Shown here piece after piece: positions 41,000 through 52,298 of a stretch of 64,000 nucleotides of DNA. The notes under the pieces were generated by a model, which made no database searches, was not told where the DNA came from, and worked only from the letters and a program-made list of their open reading frames with translations. The DNA comes from a bacterium (GTDB taxonomy: Bacteria; Bacillota; SLNR01; JBMNPB01), in contig JBMNPB010000003.1 in NCBI GenBank assembly GCA_050943375.1, positions 1,219 through 65,218 on the forward strand. Direction: 5' to 3'. Position 1 is the first letter of the stretch; each line of letters opens with the position of its first letter. Position numbers and translations under genes: made by a program.

Positions 41000-42409
41000 T
41001 TATAAGGCAGATTGGTTTTTGAGCAAAGTGCTGATGAGCTCCGCGCGACTGCCCACATCATATTTTATAAATATATTCCGGACATGGGTTTTTACGGTAT
41101 TCTCGCTGATGATCAGCGTCCCAGCAATCTCGCGGTTGGACTTGCCGGAAAGGATGAGCTGCAATACATCATGCTCCCGGGCAGTCAATTCTGCAAGGGC
41201 TTTGGTCTGCCGGATGATGTCCGTCTGCTGCGCCGGGCTCATCCGGTCATAGGCGGCAAGATAGACATGGCTCTTGAGCAACAGAATGAGTTTCCGGTTG
41301 AGGGGCGGCAGCATAACCAGGGTAACGCACACCACAGAGAGAGCGATAACCGCCACCTCCGCACCGGAAAGCTGAACCGACGTCACCGCCATTCCAACAA
41401 CACCCCCGCAGAGCACTCCGAACACATTGGCGGAAAGTCCCGTTCCGAACACCTTAGCCGGGTTGTCGGTATAGTCCAGCATCTCCCCGATAATGCTCCA
41501 CCAAAACAAATCAAAAATTCCGCAAGCACCAAGCATCAGCGTGTCCACAATCAGATAGTCGAAAGCGTTCCGCCCCAACAGCATAAAGCTGATAAACGCC
41601 CCCATAATCATGGCCATGCCGACATACAAAAATATTGAGCGGCTGGCTTTTCCGGGCAGGTTCCGCATGACGGCCAGGGCAACGATATACGGCACGGCCC
41701 AATACCAGCTCACCAGCCCGGTCAAATGTTCAAAAGCAGGGTTGATGACCTGATACATAAGGCCGGAGTTTATTGTGATAACAAAGACAAACAGACAGAG
41801 CAGGAGCAGCGGCTTGGCATTATCACCAGTCGGACTGCTTGTCGTTTTCTCCCACCGGGATTGTTCCGTACCGGCTGGCAATGCCCCGGTAAACGCCAGA
41901 CCGGCAACCAGGCAAAGCAGCGAGAGGACAAGTCCGATAACAGGCGACCGGTTCATGGCTATAACATTGACAGCAATCATAATAATATTGGAGAAAATCA
42001 GCACATCCGCGCAGGACTTGATACGCTGGTGCTTCGGCGTAAAAAATTTAAGAAAATATCCCCACGCCGCTACAGCACTACCCGAAGCATAGCCGGCGAT
42101 AAGTAAACCGGCCGACCACAGCACCGTAGGCGCAAAAAAAAACGGCAAAGTGACCAGCAGGCTGACCAGCAGCCCGCCCGACAAAACCCGCTTGGCCGTT
42201 TGCGGTGAGCGGACAAACAGCCCGCAGGTGAGCAAGCCGAAGAAGTGGGCGACTATCGCGATAATTATGTAATCATCAGCCGGCACGGAGTAATGATTCA
42301 GCAAGCTGTAAAGGACCTGCCCCTCAAACAGGAAGGAAAGCAGATAAGCAAACGCAAAAGAGAAAGCGGCAATCGAAAGGGCCCTCGGATTGTCTGTCAG
42401 TTGTCGCAC
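41000..42409 (-). CDS. membrane-anchored LuxR-family transcriptional regulator
   Basis: 469 aa. About 10-12 predicted TM helices, then a C-terminal LuxR HTH (LTAREHDVLQLILSGKSNREIAGTLIISENTVKTHVRNIFIKY). Confidence 0.8.
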   Translation of the reverse strand: MRQLTDNPRALSIAAFSFAFAYLLSFLFEGQVLYSLLNHYSVPADDYIIIAIVAHFFGLLTCGLFVRSPQTAKRVLSGGLLVSLLVTLPFFFAPTVLWSAGLLIAGYASGSAVAAWGYFLKFFTPKHQRIKSCADVLIFSNIIMIAVNVIAMNRSPVIGLVLSLLCLVAGLAFTGALPAGTEQSRWEKTTSSPTGDNAKPLLLLCLFVFVITINSGLMYQVINPAFEHLTGLVSWYWAVPYIVALAVMRNLPGKASRSIFLYVGMAMIMGAFISFMLLGRNAFDYLIVDTLMLGACGIFDLFWWSIIGEMLDYTDNPAKVFGTGLSANVFGVLCGGVVGMAVTSVQLSGAEVAVIALSVVCVTLVMLPPLNRKLILLLKSHVYLAAYDRMSPAQQTDIIRQTKALAELTAREHDVLQLILSGKSNREIAGTLIISENTVKTHVRNIFIKYDVGSRAELISTLLKNQSAL

Positions 42410-42615
42410 GGTGACACCTCCCGCTTGGCCGAGGCGCCACCGTTTCTGACCCTTTCGTCAATATCGCTAATTCTGAAGATCCGCAGCCTGCCAACCTTCG
42501 AAGCCGGCGTATTGTGCGGCCGGACCCAACGCATTACGTTATGGCGGTTGGCGCCAAGAGATTTGCAGGCTTCCCGCAAAAAAAACCATCTATTAATATT
42601 GACAGTTTCAGCCAA
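42397..42615 (-). CDS. small excisionase/MerR-like helix-turn-helix protein
   Basis: 72 aa. FFLREACKSLGANRHNVMRWVR..ASKVGRLRIFRISDIDERV looks like an HTH_17-type fold. It overlaps the luxR-type gene start by 13 nt. Confidence 0.55.
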   Translation of the reverse strand: MAETVNINRWFFLREACKSLGANRHNVMRWVRPHNTPASKVGRLRIFRISDIDERVRNGGASAKREVSPCDN

Positions 42616-42684
42616 GTGATCACCTCACTTCGGTCATGTTTCGCAAAGCTGCTGATAAGCTGCATCGGTGCAATAATATCATAG

Positions 42685-42724
42685 TCAGCACAAATCGGCA
42701 ATCGTAATTGTCGATTTGTGCTGA
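42685..42724. promoter_or_regulatory. perfect 13-bp inverted repeat upstream of the HTH/LuxR gene pair
   Basis: TCAGCACAAATCG (42685-42697), 14 nt, CGATTTGTGCTGA (42712-42724), 70-110 nt upstream of the start at 42615. Confidence 0.4.
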
Positions 42725-43325
42725 TTTATGTCTTGCAGGCAGCGCAATGCAAAACCGGACAACGGAGTCGGCCAACAGCAAATTCGCCGCAAGGACCGCT
42801 TCCTTCTCCTTGCAGAAGCCGGCGGCGCGTTTCCAAAAAAAGTGTGGTGGCGGCAAAACCGGATAAGAAAAAAGCCTCATTTAGAATGAGACACCGGATA
42901 GTCAATAAAGCAATTTGGTTTACGTAAGCAGACCTGGCCGAAGTTCAAACAAACAGGTGGGCTTGATAATAAATTTGTCGTTAGGAAGCAGGACAGTAGA
43001 CTTAGAGAAAGGCGGATCATGGGATGAGCATGATTTATTATCCAAGCTGTCTTTTCACAGCGAAGTATCCTGAGAGCAGCAAAAAGATAAAAACTACCTG
43101 TAGAAGCATCGCACTGCGGAAATGGCCAGATGCTGTAAACCCAGTCTCAATAATATCGCAGCCACAGATACGCGAGGATACTTCACCGGTAATGCAAAAC
43201 TCCCGGTGTTTTTACACAGATAATCGGCGCTGGCCGGCGGCTTTAGGCACTCTCCTTATCCGGTTTTCGCCGGGTGTACTTGGCGGCATTCGTGAAATAT
43301 TCTTCCGGAACGAAAATTGCCGCCT

Positions 43326-44033
43326 TTATTGTCTGCCCCTTCTCCCGCCATTTCCTAACCGGACGTCCACGGGCGCCCGGACGGTAAGGCTGTCTTCGGC
43401 GACGGTGCAGTCCATGGCAATGATATGCACCCCGGCGGCACGGGCGTCCTGCAAGGCCAGGCCGAATTCCGGGTGGGTGGCCCAATTCGGCTCCAGATAA
43501 CGGACGCCGCACATCTGGATGATGAACACCGCATAGGCGTCATAACCGGTCCGGGCGCATTCAATCAGTCCCATCAAATGTTTGACACCGCGCAGGGTGG
43601 GCGCGTCTGGGAAGCGGGCGATCCCATCCTGCTCCAGTGTAACACCCTTGACCTCCACAAAAGCGCGGCGGCCGGCTGCCTCCACGTAGAAGTCAAAACG
43701 GGAAGCGCCGTGACGGCATTCCGGCCGCAACAGCGTCAGACCATTAAACAACCCGCCGCCCCGTACCCATTCGGCAAATACTTGGTTGGGCGCTGCGGCG
43801 TCAATGTTGACAAGCCGCTCGTTCTTCCAGACGGCAATCAGGTCATAGGCCGTTTTGCGCTGCGGCGAAGCCGCTGCCTGCACCAGCACCGGCACGCCCG
43901 GAATCAGCAGTTCCCGGTAGCGCCCGGTGTTCTTCACGTGGCAGGCGGTGCGCACCCCAGCCAGAGAAATATTGGCGATAAACCGGTTCGGGCGGTCGAG
44001 AAAGACCGCCCGCCGGATATTTTGATAAAGCAT
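43326..44033 (-). CDS. sfsA: sugar fermentation stimulation protein SfsA (nuclease-fold DNA-binding protein)
   Basis: The internal ATG gives MLYQNIRRAVFLDRPNRFIANISL..VKNTGRYRELL..FVEVKGVTL, the typical SfsA pattern. Confidence 0.85.
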   Translation of the reverse strand: MLYQNIRRAVFLDRPNRFIANISLAGVRTACHVKNTGRYRELLIPGVPVLVQAAASPQRKTAYDLIAVWKNERLVNIDAAAPNQVFAEWVRGGGLFNGLTLLRPECRHGASRFDFYVEAAGRRAFVEVKGVTLEQDGIARFPDAPTLRGVKHLMGLIECARTGYDAYAVFIIQMCGVRYLEPNWATHPEFGLALQDARAAGVHIIAMDCTVAEDSLTVRAPVDVRLGNGGRRGRQ

Positions 44034-44247
44034 GCGCAATGCCTCCTTAACCCACTTTCCCGCCGCCAAACCCAGTATCGGTTCGGACTGTCGGCAGTAA
44101 TCCGGCATGATAGCTTAATCCAGCATTGCCGCAACCCGGTTTGGCGGATGGATGACTAAACCCTATTCCGGCAAATTTGCAAAGCGCTCCAACGCTGCGC
44201 CACTGCTCCGATCGGGGTTCGGGACGCCGGAAACACCCGGCGGGCAG

Positions 44248-44757
44248 CTAAAAAGTGATGGGCGGCCGGTCAGTGGCTATCGAGGGCTTGCGGGCGGCCT
44301 TGCCGGTGATGACGGTGACCGTGAGCCGCAGCACCGCCGTAGCTTTCACCTGGGCAGGAGCGAATCTGTCATGCCCCTCCCCCAGTGTATGCTGCATCAG
44401 CAACCGCAACGCCTCGGTTTTCTCCGCCGGATCCTCAATGAAATCAACCTTTCCCTCCCCCATCAGGCTTTCATAAATATAGGTGTAGTCACAAGCCTGA
44501 TCTGCCAATGACATGGCCACCGGCCGCCCAACCATAAAGGTGACATTAGGATTCTGCCGCAGCAGATCGATCTTGCGGCCGGCGGAGGCGCTGTGGAAAA
44601 ATATTTCGATGACGCCATCCCGGCAGCGATAGCCGTAACTGAGGGGAACCATGTACGCCTTGCCGTCTTCAACCGTACCCAAGGTAAAAAAGGAGCAGCG
44701 CTCCAGCACGCCGAGAAATTCGTTCTGACCGGTGATCTCTTTGTCTTTTCTTCGCAT
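44248..44757 (-). CDS. pyridoxamine 5'-phosphate oxidase-family protein
   Basis: 169 aa. MRRKDKEI..CSFFTLGTVEDGKAYMVPLSYGY..IFFHSASAGRKIDLLRQNPNV. Confidence 0.8.
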   Translation of the reverse strand: MRRKDKEITGQNEFLGVLERCSFFTLGTVEDGKAYMVPLSYGYRCRDGVIEIFFHSASAGRKIDLLRQNPNVTFMVGRPVAMSLADQACDYTYIYESLMGEGKVDFIEDPAEKTEALRLLMQHTLGEGHDRFAPAQVKATAVLRLTVTVITGKAARKPSIATDRPPITF

Positions 44758-44986
44758 AATTCATCCTCCTGTTTTGTAATGTGCCTTGCCGGCGGCCATG
44801 ACGAGCGGGGACAAACCCGCGTCGGATAGGGTGAAGAAAACGGCACTGAGTACTTGCCCAATCCCTGGGCAAATGTTGCCGCAACGCAGTCAGTTGTAAA
44901 GCAATCCTCTTTTTCCTTAGTATGATGCTTCACCCCGGCTAATACTCCAGAGCGGGAGACAATCAGTGGCTCCTTACTTCTCAAGG

Positions 44987-45628
44987 TTATCCTGATTTTC
45001 CTGCCTTCCGCTTTGCTCCCGAGATACCATGTCTCTTACGATTATCATGGGGGTACTCCAGATTTGCGAATGGCAAAGGTAATTCCCGGCTAAACAGACT
45101 AACTTTGGCTTCAAAGGAGGTATTCCTGATAAAAGCTGCCAGGAGATTGCTTTCCATGGCCTCAGCATCTTCGGCAGTCGCCCAATAGACGACTAACGAA
45201 TCGAGTATTGATAAAGTCTTTAACCAATGACCGCCGGCGTGCGGCTTGGCATCACCAAGTCCCGTCTGATAATACTGCCCTACTCTCCGCCTGATGGAGT
45301 TACCTGCCTAGCCGATATATAAAATCGTTTCATCAGGCAGCCAGAAGCCGGAAAGCCGTTCATGCAGCTTTTCAACTGTTGGCCTGCATCCATCTATTTT
45401 CATTGTATCTGCTTTTTTTATCCAGGCACTTAGTCTGCTTTGGTCGATTGGGGCTTGATGATAAGGGTTAACCCAACTGTCGGGATACTCCGCGACAGAA
45501 ACAATATAGACTCCCGGGCAGTCATCTTTTACCTTCTCTCCCCAGTTTACCTGTCCGGATAATTCTAATCCCGACTCTTTGAAGAGTGATGCAATGGTTG
45601 ATGGCATAGGCTTCTCCTTATCTTTCAC
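44987..45628 (-). pseudogene. GIY-YIG nuclease-family gene interrupted by one in-frame TAG
   Basis: ..CPGVYIVS..DETILYIG-TAG-AGNSIRRRVGQYYQTGLGDAKPHAGGHWLKTL..VVYWATAEDAEAMESNLLAAF.. stays in one frame across the TAG at 45308-45310. The stop sits where a Lys is usual in the YIGK motif. Confidence 0.6.
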
Positions 45629-45796
45629 GTTTACTCAAGGACAGTATTAATGAGGCCTGCATCATCACAATAATATTACTATCTCCATCGTTGACTACTT
45701 CCGCATCATCTGACGGTCTCCAGCACTTTTTTGCCTATGCTCCCCACGCGAGGCAAGACAGACAGAAATCAGACCAATGATTTCTTCAGACAGTAG

Positions 45797-45836
45797 AAAA
45801 CAGCTTGCAAGCGAAGCGACCTGCAAGCTGTTTTTG
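45797..45836 (-). terminator. hairpin terminator downstream of pyrE (possibly bidirectional)
   Basis: ACAGCTTGCA (45800-45809), 12 nt, TGCAAGCTGT (45822-45831), flanked by GAAAA and TTTTTG. Confidence 0.5.
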
Positions 45837-46000
45837 TAACAGAGCACCATCTGGGCGGAATATGAACATGGATTGCTACATAGTTTGCGGTAAATGTGCC
45901 GTCAGAAGCTTCCGCTCCCAAGCCGAATTTTGTATATCGCACAAGCTAAGATAAGCTATTGATATTGCCGCAATATCCTCAGCCAGCGTATCTGAGTGCC

Positions 46001-46573
46001 TCAAACCGTGCGGCTGCCCGGCTTGACCAGCGGCAAGCCCTGGAGGCAGAGAGGACAGGCCGCCGGTGAATAGGACTCGATTTCGAGAGAGACGAGGGAA
46101 TGGGTCGGGACGCCGAAGTTGATCTTGCCGGCGCTCCGGTCGACAATGACGCCGACACCGACGACCTGTCCGCCGTCCCCGACGATAATTTCCATGACTT
46201 CGTTGACGGAGCCGCCGGTAGTGATGACGTCCTCCACCACGAGAATCTTCTCCCCGGGCTGAATCGCAAACCCCCGCCGTAACTTCATTTTCCCGTTTTC
46301 CCGCTCGGTGAACATCGTCTTTTTTCCCAATGCCCGGGCCACTTCATAAGCGATGATGACGCCGCCCAGAGCCGGACCGACGACGACATCGATATCCGTG
46401 CCGGTAAAGCGGGACGCGATTTCGGCCCCGATTTTTTCCGAGTATTCCGGGTATTTGAGCACTTGGGCGCACTGCAGATATCGCCCGCTGTGCCGGCCGG
46501 ACGTCAGCCGGAAATGACCTTCCAGCAGCACGCCTGTCTCCTTGAGGATTTCCAGAATTTCTGTTTGTGTCAT
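46001..46573 (-). CDS. pyrE: orotate phosphoribosyltransferase
   Basis: MTQTEILEILKETGVLLEGHFRLTSGRHS.. and the PRPP motif ILVVEDVITTGGS. The start overlaps the pyrF stop. The track ORF extension to 46855 is spurious. Confidence 0.93.
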   Translation of the reverse strand: MTQTEILEILKETGVLLEGHFRLTSGRHSGRYLQCAQVLKYPEYSEKIGAEIASRFTGTDIDVVVGPALGGVIIAYEVARALGKKTMFTERENGKMKLRRGFAIQPGEKILVVEDVITTGGSVNEVMEIIVGDGGQVVGVGVIVDRSAGKINFGVPTHSLVSLEIESYSPAACPLCLQGLPLVKPGSRTV

Positions 46574-47301
46574 ATATTCATCCCCTCCTCGATTTCTTGG
46601 CTGATCAGATCTACCGCTTTGACCGGATCGGGCGACTGAGTTATCGGCCGGCCGATCACGAGGTAATCGGCGCCGGATCGCACCGCCTCGCCCGGAGTCA
46701 TGATCCGTTGCTGGTCGTCGCGGGCGGCCCAAAGCGGCCGCACCCCCGGAATGACGGTGACGAAGTCCGGGCCGCAGGCCTGGCGGATCAGCGGCAATTC
46801 CCGAGGCGAAGCCACCACTCCGTCCAGCCCGGCGGCCTGGGCAAGCCGTGACCAATGGACGACGTGCTCGCCGAGGTCGCGGCGGATTCCAACTTCCTCG
46901 GCCAAACTGGTCTGGTCCAGGCTGGTCAGCACCGTGACGGCCAAGACGAGCGGAGCCGGAAAACCGGTCGCCATGGCGCCTTCCCGCGCGGCGTCCGCCG
47001 CCCGCTCCAGCATGACCCGGCCGCCGGCCGCATGAACATTGAGCATCGCGACCCCATAACGGGCCGCGGCCCGGGCCGCGCCGGCCACCGTGTTGGGAAT
47101 ATCGTGGAATTTCAAGTCGAGGAAAACCCGGCAGCCTTTTTCCCGGACTGCCTGAATAATTGTCGGCCCGGCACTGTAAAACAATTCCATGCCGATTTTG
47201 AAATAATTAAGCTTGCCCTGCAATCTGTCGACCAGCGCCAGCGCCTGGTCCGGGCTGGCAAAGTCGAGAGCAACGATGATTTTTTCCCGGGCGGACTGCA
47301 T
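46570..47301 (-). CDS. pyrF: orotidine 5'-phosphate decarboxylase
   Basis: 243 aa. IIVALDF.., FLDLKFHDIPNTV, DYLVIGRPI motifs. Confidence 0.93.
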   Translation of the reverse strand: MQSAREKIIVALDFASPDQALALVDRLQGKLNYFKIGMELFYSAGPTIIQAVREKGCRVFLDLKFHDIPNTVAGAARAAARYGVAMLNVHAAGGRVMLERAADAAREGAMATGFPAPLVLAVTVLTSLDQTSLAEEVGIRRDLGEHVVHWSRLAQAAGLDGVVASPRELPLIRQACGPDFVTVIPGVRPLWAARDDQQRIMTPGEAVRSGADYLVIGRPITQSPDPVKAVDLISQEIEEGMNI

Positions 47302-47338
47302 CAGCCCTCCTCCTTCCTGTCTTCAGCCGGCCGCGCCG

Positions 47339-48256
47339 CTAACAGCGCAGACCACCGATCAATTCATTCACGTCGGCAATGCCGTTCGCAGCCAGATATT
47401 GGCTAATGCCGGCGATAATCTCAACCGGGGCTCGGGGGTTGACGAAACTGGCCGTCCCAACCGCCACCGCCGTCGCCCCGGCCAGGAGAAACTCGATGGC
47501 ATCTTCCGCCGTACTGATGCCGCCTATCCCGATGATCGGAAGCCGGACCGCCCGGGCCACTTCCCAGACCATGCGGAGAGCGACCGGTTTGACGGCCGGT
47601 CCTGAGAGGCCGCCGACAATATTGGCAATGACCGGCCGCCGGGTCCGAATGTCAACAGCCATACCCACGAGGGTGTTGATCAGCGAGACGGCGTCCGCCC
47701 CGGCCGCTTCCACACCCCGGGCGATGGCGGTGATATCCGTGACATTGGGGGAAAGCTTGACGATGACGGGCAGTCCCGTCTCCTGCCGGATTGCCCGGAC
47801 GACGGCATGCGCGGCATCCGGATCGGTGCCGAATGCCATGCCGCCTTTTTTGACATTGGGGCAGGAAATATTGACTTCCAGGGCGGCAATGCCGCCGGTC
47901 CCGTCCAGGGCGGCCGCCAGCGCCCGGTAATCCTCCGCTTCGTTGCCGGCGATATTGACAATAACCGGCAGACTGAGCTCCCGGAGATAAGGGATTTCCT
48001 CCCGGAGAAAGACGTCCAAACCCGGATTCTGGAGGCCGATGGCGTTCAGAATCCCGGCCGGCGTCTCGGCGATTCGGGGCACCGGGTTGCCGGGGCGCGG
48101 CTCCCGGGTCAGCCCTTTAACAACAATGGCACCCAGTTCGTTCACGTCGTAAAAGTCCCGGTATTCCCGGCCGTAACCGCACGTCCCGGAAGCAGTCATC
48201 ACTGGGTTCTTCATCTTGATCCCGGCCAGGTTGACGGCTAATTTCGGCTCACTCAT
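47339..48256 (-). CDS. pyrD: dihydroorotate dehydrogenase B, catalytic subunit
   Basis: [20 protein letters not shown].., NISCPN, GIGGI. The start at the internal ATG (48256) overlaps the pyrK end. Confidence 0.93.
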   Translation of the reverse strand: MSEPKLAVNLAGIKMKNPVMTASGTCGYGREYRDFYDVNELGAIVVKGLTREPRPGNPVPRIAETPAGILNAIGLQNPGLDVFLREEIPYLRELSLPVIVNIAGNEAEDYRALAAALDGTGGIAALEVNISCPNVKKGGMAFGTDPDAAHAVVRAIRQETGLPVIVKLSPNVTDITAIARGVEAAGADAVSLINTLVGMAVDIRTRRPVIANIVGGLSGPAVKPVALRMVWEVARAVRLPIIGIGGISTAEDAIEFLLAGATAVAVGTASFVNPRAPVEIIAGISQYLAANGIADVNELIGGLRC

Positions 48257-49043
48257 CCCAAACCACCTCCGCCGCCGCAAAAACCGGGCCATCCTGGCAG
48301 ACCCGTTTGTGGGCAAAACCTTCCGCCGTTTTCACTTGACAGACGCAGCTGAGGCAGGCGCCCAGCCCGCACCCCATTCTCTCTTCCAATGACACCTGCG
48401 CGGGGACACCGTATCGGTCGGCCAGACGGGCGACTTCCCGCAGCATACCCCGGGGACCGCAGGCATAAATCAATTCCGTCCCGCCCGCGGCCAAAAGCTC
48501 TTCGAGCAGTCCGGTCACGGTGCCAGCGTAGCCGCAACTCCCATCGTCCGTCGCTTCCCGGAACTTCACCCCCGGCTGCCGCAGCCAGCGGCAGAGCGGC
48601 AGCAAGGCCGCGGTGCGCATCCCGGCGAGAGCGGTGACGTCCGTCCCGCCGGCCGCCAGTTCTTCCAGTAAGGGCGGGAAAGGCGCGATACCGATGCCGC
48701 CTCCCACCACTACGGCCCGTCGGATGGCCGGGTCAATCCGGAAACCGTTTCCCAGCGGGCCGATCAAATCCACTGTCTCCCCCGGCTCCTTACGACTCAG
48801 CAGTTCCGTCCCGCGGCCGGTCACATTAAACAAGAGAACCACCTCTCCCCGTCCCCGATCAATACCATGCAGGCTGAGGGGCCGCCGCAGCAGAGGGTCG
48901 CTGGTCGCACCGCACCGCACCTGGACAAACTGCCCCGGCCGGGCCTCTGCCGCCAAAGCCGGCGCGGCGAGCCGCAGCCGGCAATAGCCGGCGATTTCTT
49001 CTTTCGCCAAGATTATGGTCTGATATTGCCCCGCCATACTCAT
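48249..49043 (-). CDS. pyrK: dihydroorotate dehydrogenase electron-transfer subunit
   Basis: 264 aa. FAD/NAD-binding RRPLS motif and a C-terminal 2Fe-2S Cys cluster [11 protein letters not shown]. Confidence 0.9.
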   Translation of the reverse strand: MSMAGQYQTIILAKEEIAGYCRLRLAAPALAAEARPGQFVQVRCGATSDPLLRRPLSLHGIDRGRGEVVLLFNVTGRGTELLSRKEPGETVDLIGPLGNGFRIDPAIRRAVVVGGGIGIAPFPPLLEELAAGGTDVTALAGMRTAALLPLCRWLRQPGVKFREATDDGSCGYAGTVTGLLEELLAAGGTELIYACGPRGMLREVARLADRYGVPAQVSLEERMGCGLGACLSCVCQVKTAEGFAHKRVCQDGPVFAAAEVVWDE

Positions 49044-52000
49044 TCCTCCTGTCGGTCAAGATAATCCTGGAGCGCCTTCACTTCCGCCGCCGTTTTATCC
49101 TTCTTCTCGGCCAGGGCCGCCAGAATGGCCCCGGCCGTATCCAGGGAGGTCAGGCACGGGACGGCGTATTCCACTGCCGCCCGGCGGATGCGGAAACCAT
49201 CACGCTCCGGCACTTTGCCCCGGGTCATGGTGTTGATGACCAGGGCGAGGGAGCCGGAACGAATCAGGTCGATGATTTGCGGCGAACCTTCCCGGATTTT
49301 ATTCACTTTGTTAACCGGAATTCCTGCCGCGGCGAGGGCTGCCGCCGTTCCGGCGGTGGCGTGGAGGCGGAAGCCCAGCCGGGCAAAGCGCCGGGCGATC
49401 GGGACGGCTTCCGCCTTGTCCTTGTCGGCGATAGTCAGAAGGACTTCTCCCCCGGCGGGTATATTGAAACCGGCGGCCAAAAAAGCCTTGTACAGAGCGC
49501 CGGCAAAGCTGCCGTTCAATCCCATCACTTCGCCGGTCGACTTCATCTCGGGACCAAGAGAAGTGTCGACCCGGCCTAATTTCGCCCAAGAGAAAACAGG
49601 CATTTTCACGGCCGTAAATTTACCTTCCGACCACAGCCCGTCCGGCCAGCCAAGGGAGCGAAGGGAACGGCCGAGGATGACCTGGGTCGCCAGGGCGACA
49701 AGAGGGATGCCGGTGATTTTGCTCAGATAAGGCACCGTCCGGCTGGCCCGGGGATTGACTTCCAGGACATAGAGTTCTCCGGCGTAAACGACATATTGGA
49801 TATTCAAAAGACCCCGGCAATGCAAAGCTTTGGCAATATCCGCCGTGGCGGTCACAATTCTTGCCTTGATGCCGGCCGGCAGATCCCGGGGCGGGTAAAC
49901 GGCCGTGCTGTCGCCGGAGTGGATTCCCGCCCGCTCCACATGCTCCATGATTCCGGGAATGAGGACTGTTTCTCCGTCGGCGACTGCGTCAACTTCGATT
50001 TCCCGGCCAGCCAGATATTTATCCACCAGGACGGGATGATCCGGAGTAATTTTGACGGCTGTCGCCAGATATTCGGCCAATTCCCCTTCGCCGTAGACGA
50101 TTTCCATGGCCCTCCCGCCCAAAACATAAGAAGGCCGGACAACGACCGGGTAACCGACGGCAGACGCCACAGCGAGGCCAGCCGCGGGCCCCGTGACGGC
50201 GCGGCCGGCCGGCTTAGCGATGCCGAGGCCGGTCAATAGGCGGTCGAATTTGTCCCGGTCTTCGGCGGCGTCAATGCTCGCCACCGGGGTACCCAGCACG
50301 GGCACTCCGGCGGCGGCCAGCGGCCCGGCCAGATTGATGGCCGTCTGTCCGCCGAATTGGACGATGACTCCGTCCGGCTTCTCTTTCTCCACAAGGTTCA
50401 GGACGTCTTCCGCGCCGAGCGGCTCGAAATAAAGCCGGTCGGAAATATTGAAATCAGTGCTCACCGTTTCCGGGTTATTGTTGACAATGATTGCTTCCAC
50501 GCCGCATTCCTGCAGCGCCCGGACCGCGTGGACAGTGCAATAGTCGAACTCAATGCCCTGACCGATACGAATCGGCCCGGCGCCGATCACAATGACTTTC
50601 TTTCTTTCGCTAACCGGCGCCGCGTCCGTCGGCCCGTAACTGGAGTAAAAATAAGGGGCGGCCGCGGCCCCGGCCGCATAGACGGGGACCGACCGGTAAG
50701 CGGGGATGATACCCTCCCGCCGGCGCCGGTCCCGGATTTCCGCTTCGCTCCGGGCCAGGAGACGGGCGATTTGCCGGTCGGAGAAGCCGCATTCTTTGGC
50801 GCGGCGCAGCAGCGCCGCCGGCGGCTCGTTCCCGGCGGCAGCCGCAATCTGTCCTTCCATCGCAACAATCCCCTGAATTTTACGGAGAAAGAAAGAGTCA
50901 ATGCCGGAAATCCGGTTGATTTCCTCCGGGGTCATCCCGCGCCGCAAGGCCGCGGCCACGGCGAATAGGCGCCGGTCGTCCGGCGTTTCAACTCTCGTCC
51001 GGAGGGCTGCGCCAGACAAAGCCCGGAATTCTCCCGTCCCCAGTCCGTCGTCCCCCGTCTCCAGGGAGCGGACCGCTTTCAGCAGCGATCCCTCGAACGT
51101 CCGGTCAATTGCCATCACTTCCCCCGTTGACTTCATCTGCGTCGTCAGAGTCCGGTCGGCGGCGGCGAATTTGTCAAAAGGCCAACGGGGAATTTTCGTC
51201 ACCACATAGTCGAGCACCGGCGCGTCCGCGGCCGTCCGCCCCCCTGCCGGGCCCGGAATTTCGTCAAGACTCATTCCGACGGCAATCTTGCTGGCCACCC
51301 GGGCGATGGGATAGCCGGCCGCTTTCGACGCCAGGGCGCTGGAGCGGCTGACCCGAGGGTTGACTTCGATGACGTAATACCGCCCGCCGGCCGGCTCGAG
51401 AGCGAACTGAACATTGCAGCCGCCTTCGATTCCGAGGGCCCGGATGATTTTGAGTGCGGCCGCCCGGAGCATTCCTTCGGCCCGTTCAGACAACGTCTGG
51501 CAAGGCGCCACAACAATGCTGTCGCCGGTATGGACACCGATGGGGTCGAAATTCTCCATGCCGCAGACGACGACGCAATTGTCCCGTCCGTCCCGCATCA
51601 CTTCAAATTCGATCTCCTTCCAGCCAGCGACGCTCCTTTCAATGAGCACCTGGCCAATCCGGCTCATTTTCAGGCCGCGGGTGACGACGTCCCGCAATTC
51701 CGCTCCGCTGCGGACGATGCCGCCGCCCGTCCCGCCGAGAGTGTAAGCCGGGCGGACAATCACCGGATACCCGACGGTGCAGACAAAATCTTCCGCCGCC
51801 GCCAGGGAACTTACGACGCGGCTTTCCGGCACCGGTTCACCGATCGATTCCATTAAGACCTTGAAACTCTCCCGGTCCTCCGCCTGCCGGATTGCCGCGA
51901 GCGGCGTGCCGAGCAGAGCCACGTTCATCTCGGACAGGATACCGGCCTCGCCCAGTTCCACGGCCAGATTCAATCCCACTTGGCCGCCCAGGGTGGCAAG

Positions 52001-52258
52001 CAGCCCGTCCGGTCTCTCCTGCCGGAGAATGGCCGCCACCGTCACCCGGGTCAGCGGCTCGATATAAGTGCGGTCGGCCATATCGGCATCGGTCATGATA
52101 GTTGCCGGATTGCTGTTGACGAGGACGACTTCAAGACCTTCCTCCCGCAGAGCGCGGCACGCCTGGGAGCCGGCATAGTCAAATTCGGCAGCCTGACCGA
52201 TGACAATCGGACCGGACCCAATAACCATTATTTTGCGCAATTCCTTATTCAGCGGCAT
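49040..52258 (-). CDS. carB: carbamoyl-phosphate synthase large subunit
   Basis: About 1072 aa with duplicated ATP-grasp halves ([20 protein letters not shown].. and [20 protein letters not shown]..) and a C-terminal MGS-like domain. The ATG at 52258 lies 6 nt after AAGGAGA. Confidence 0.95.
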   Translation of the reverse strand: MPLNKELRKIMVIGSGPIVIGQAAEFDYAGSQACRALREEGLEVVLVNSNPATIMTDADMADRTYIEPLTRVTVAAILRQERPDGLLATLGGQVGLNLAVELGEAGILSEMNVALLGTPLAAIRQAEDRESFKVLMESIGEPVPESRVVSSLAAAEDFVCTVGYPVIVRPAYTLGGTGGGIVRSGAELRDVVTRGLKMSRIGQVLIERSVAGWKEIEFEVMRDGRDNCVVVCGMENFDPIGVHTGDSIVVAPCQTLSERAEGMLRAAALKIIRALGIEGGCNVQFALEPAGGRYYVIEVNPRVSRSSALASKAAGYPIARVASKIAVGMSLDEIPGPAGGRTAADAPVLDYVVTKIPRWPFDKFAAADRTLTTQMKSTGEVMAIDRTFEGSLLKAVRSLETGDDGLGTGEFRALSGAALRTRVETPDDRRLFAVAAALRRGMTPEEINRISGIDSFFLRKIQGIVAMEGQIAAAAGNEPPAALLRRAKECGFSDRQIARLLARSEAEIRDRRRREGIIPAYRSVPVYAAGAAAAPYFYSSYGPTDAAPVSERKKVIVIGAGPIRIGQGIEFDYCTVHAVRALQECGVEAIIVNNNPETVSTDFNISDRLYFEPLGAEDVLNLVEKEKPDGVIVQFGGQTAINLAGPLAAAGVPVLGTPVASIDAAEDRDKFDRLLTGLGIAKPAGRAVTGPAAGLAVASAVGYPVVVRPSYVLGGRAMEIVYGEGELAEYLATAVKITPDHPVLVDKYLAGREIEVDAVADGETVLIPGIMEHVERAGIHSGDSTAVYPPRDLPAGIKARIVTATADIAKALHCRGLLNIQYVVYAGELYVLEVNPRASRTVPYLSKITGIPLVALATQVILGRSLRSLGWPDGLWSEGKFTAVKMPVFSWAKLGRVDTSLGPEMKSTGEVMGLNGSFAGALYKAFLAAGFNIPAGGEVLLTIADKDKAEAVPIARRFARLGFRLHATAGTAAALAAAGIPVNKVNKIREGSPQIIDLIRSGSLALVINTMTRGKVPERDGFRIRRAAVEYAVPCLTSLDTAGAILAALAEKKDKTAAEVKALQDYLDRQEE

Positions 52259-52298
52259 CATCATTCTCCTTAACCGGCAGCCCCGGCCTGATTTATGC

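Noticed and set aside
43024-43320. Plus-strand fragment MIYYPSCLFTAKYPESSKKIK resembling the N-terminus of CCG-domain Fe-S proteins
   Set aside because: Only about 25 residues are suggestive, and the frame then degenerates and runs antisense into sfsA. It is too short to call.
23811-45310. In-frame TAG codons as pyrrolysine or programmed read-through sites
   Set aside because: The same set of genes also carries in-frame TAA and TGA, frameshifts and deletions. The affected families (transposase, AraC, Y-polymerase, GIY-YIG) are not known Pyl users. No pyl genes are in the window. Simple nonsense decay is the parsimonious reading. A genome-wide pyl search would settle it.
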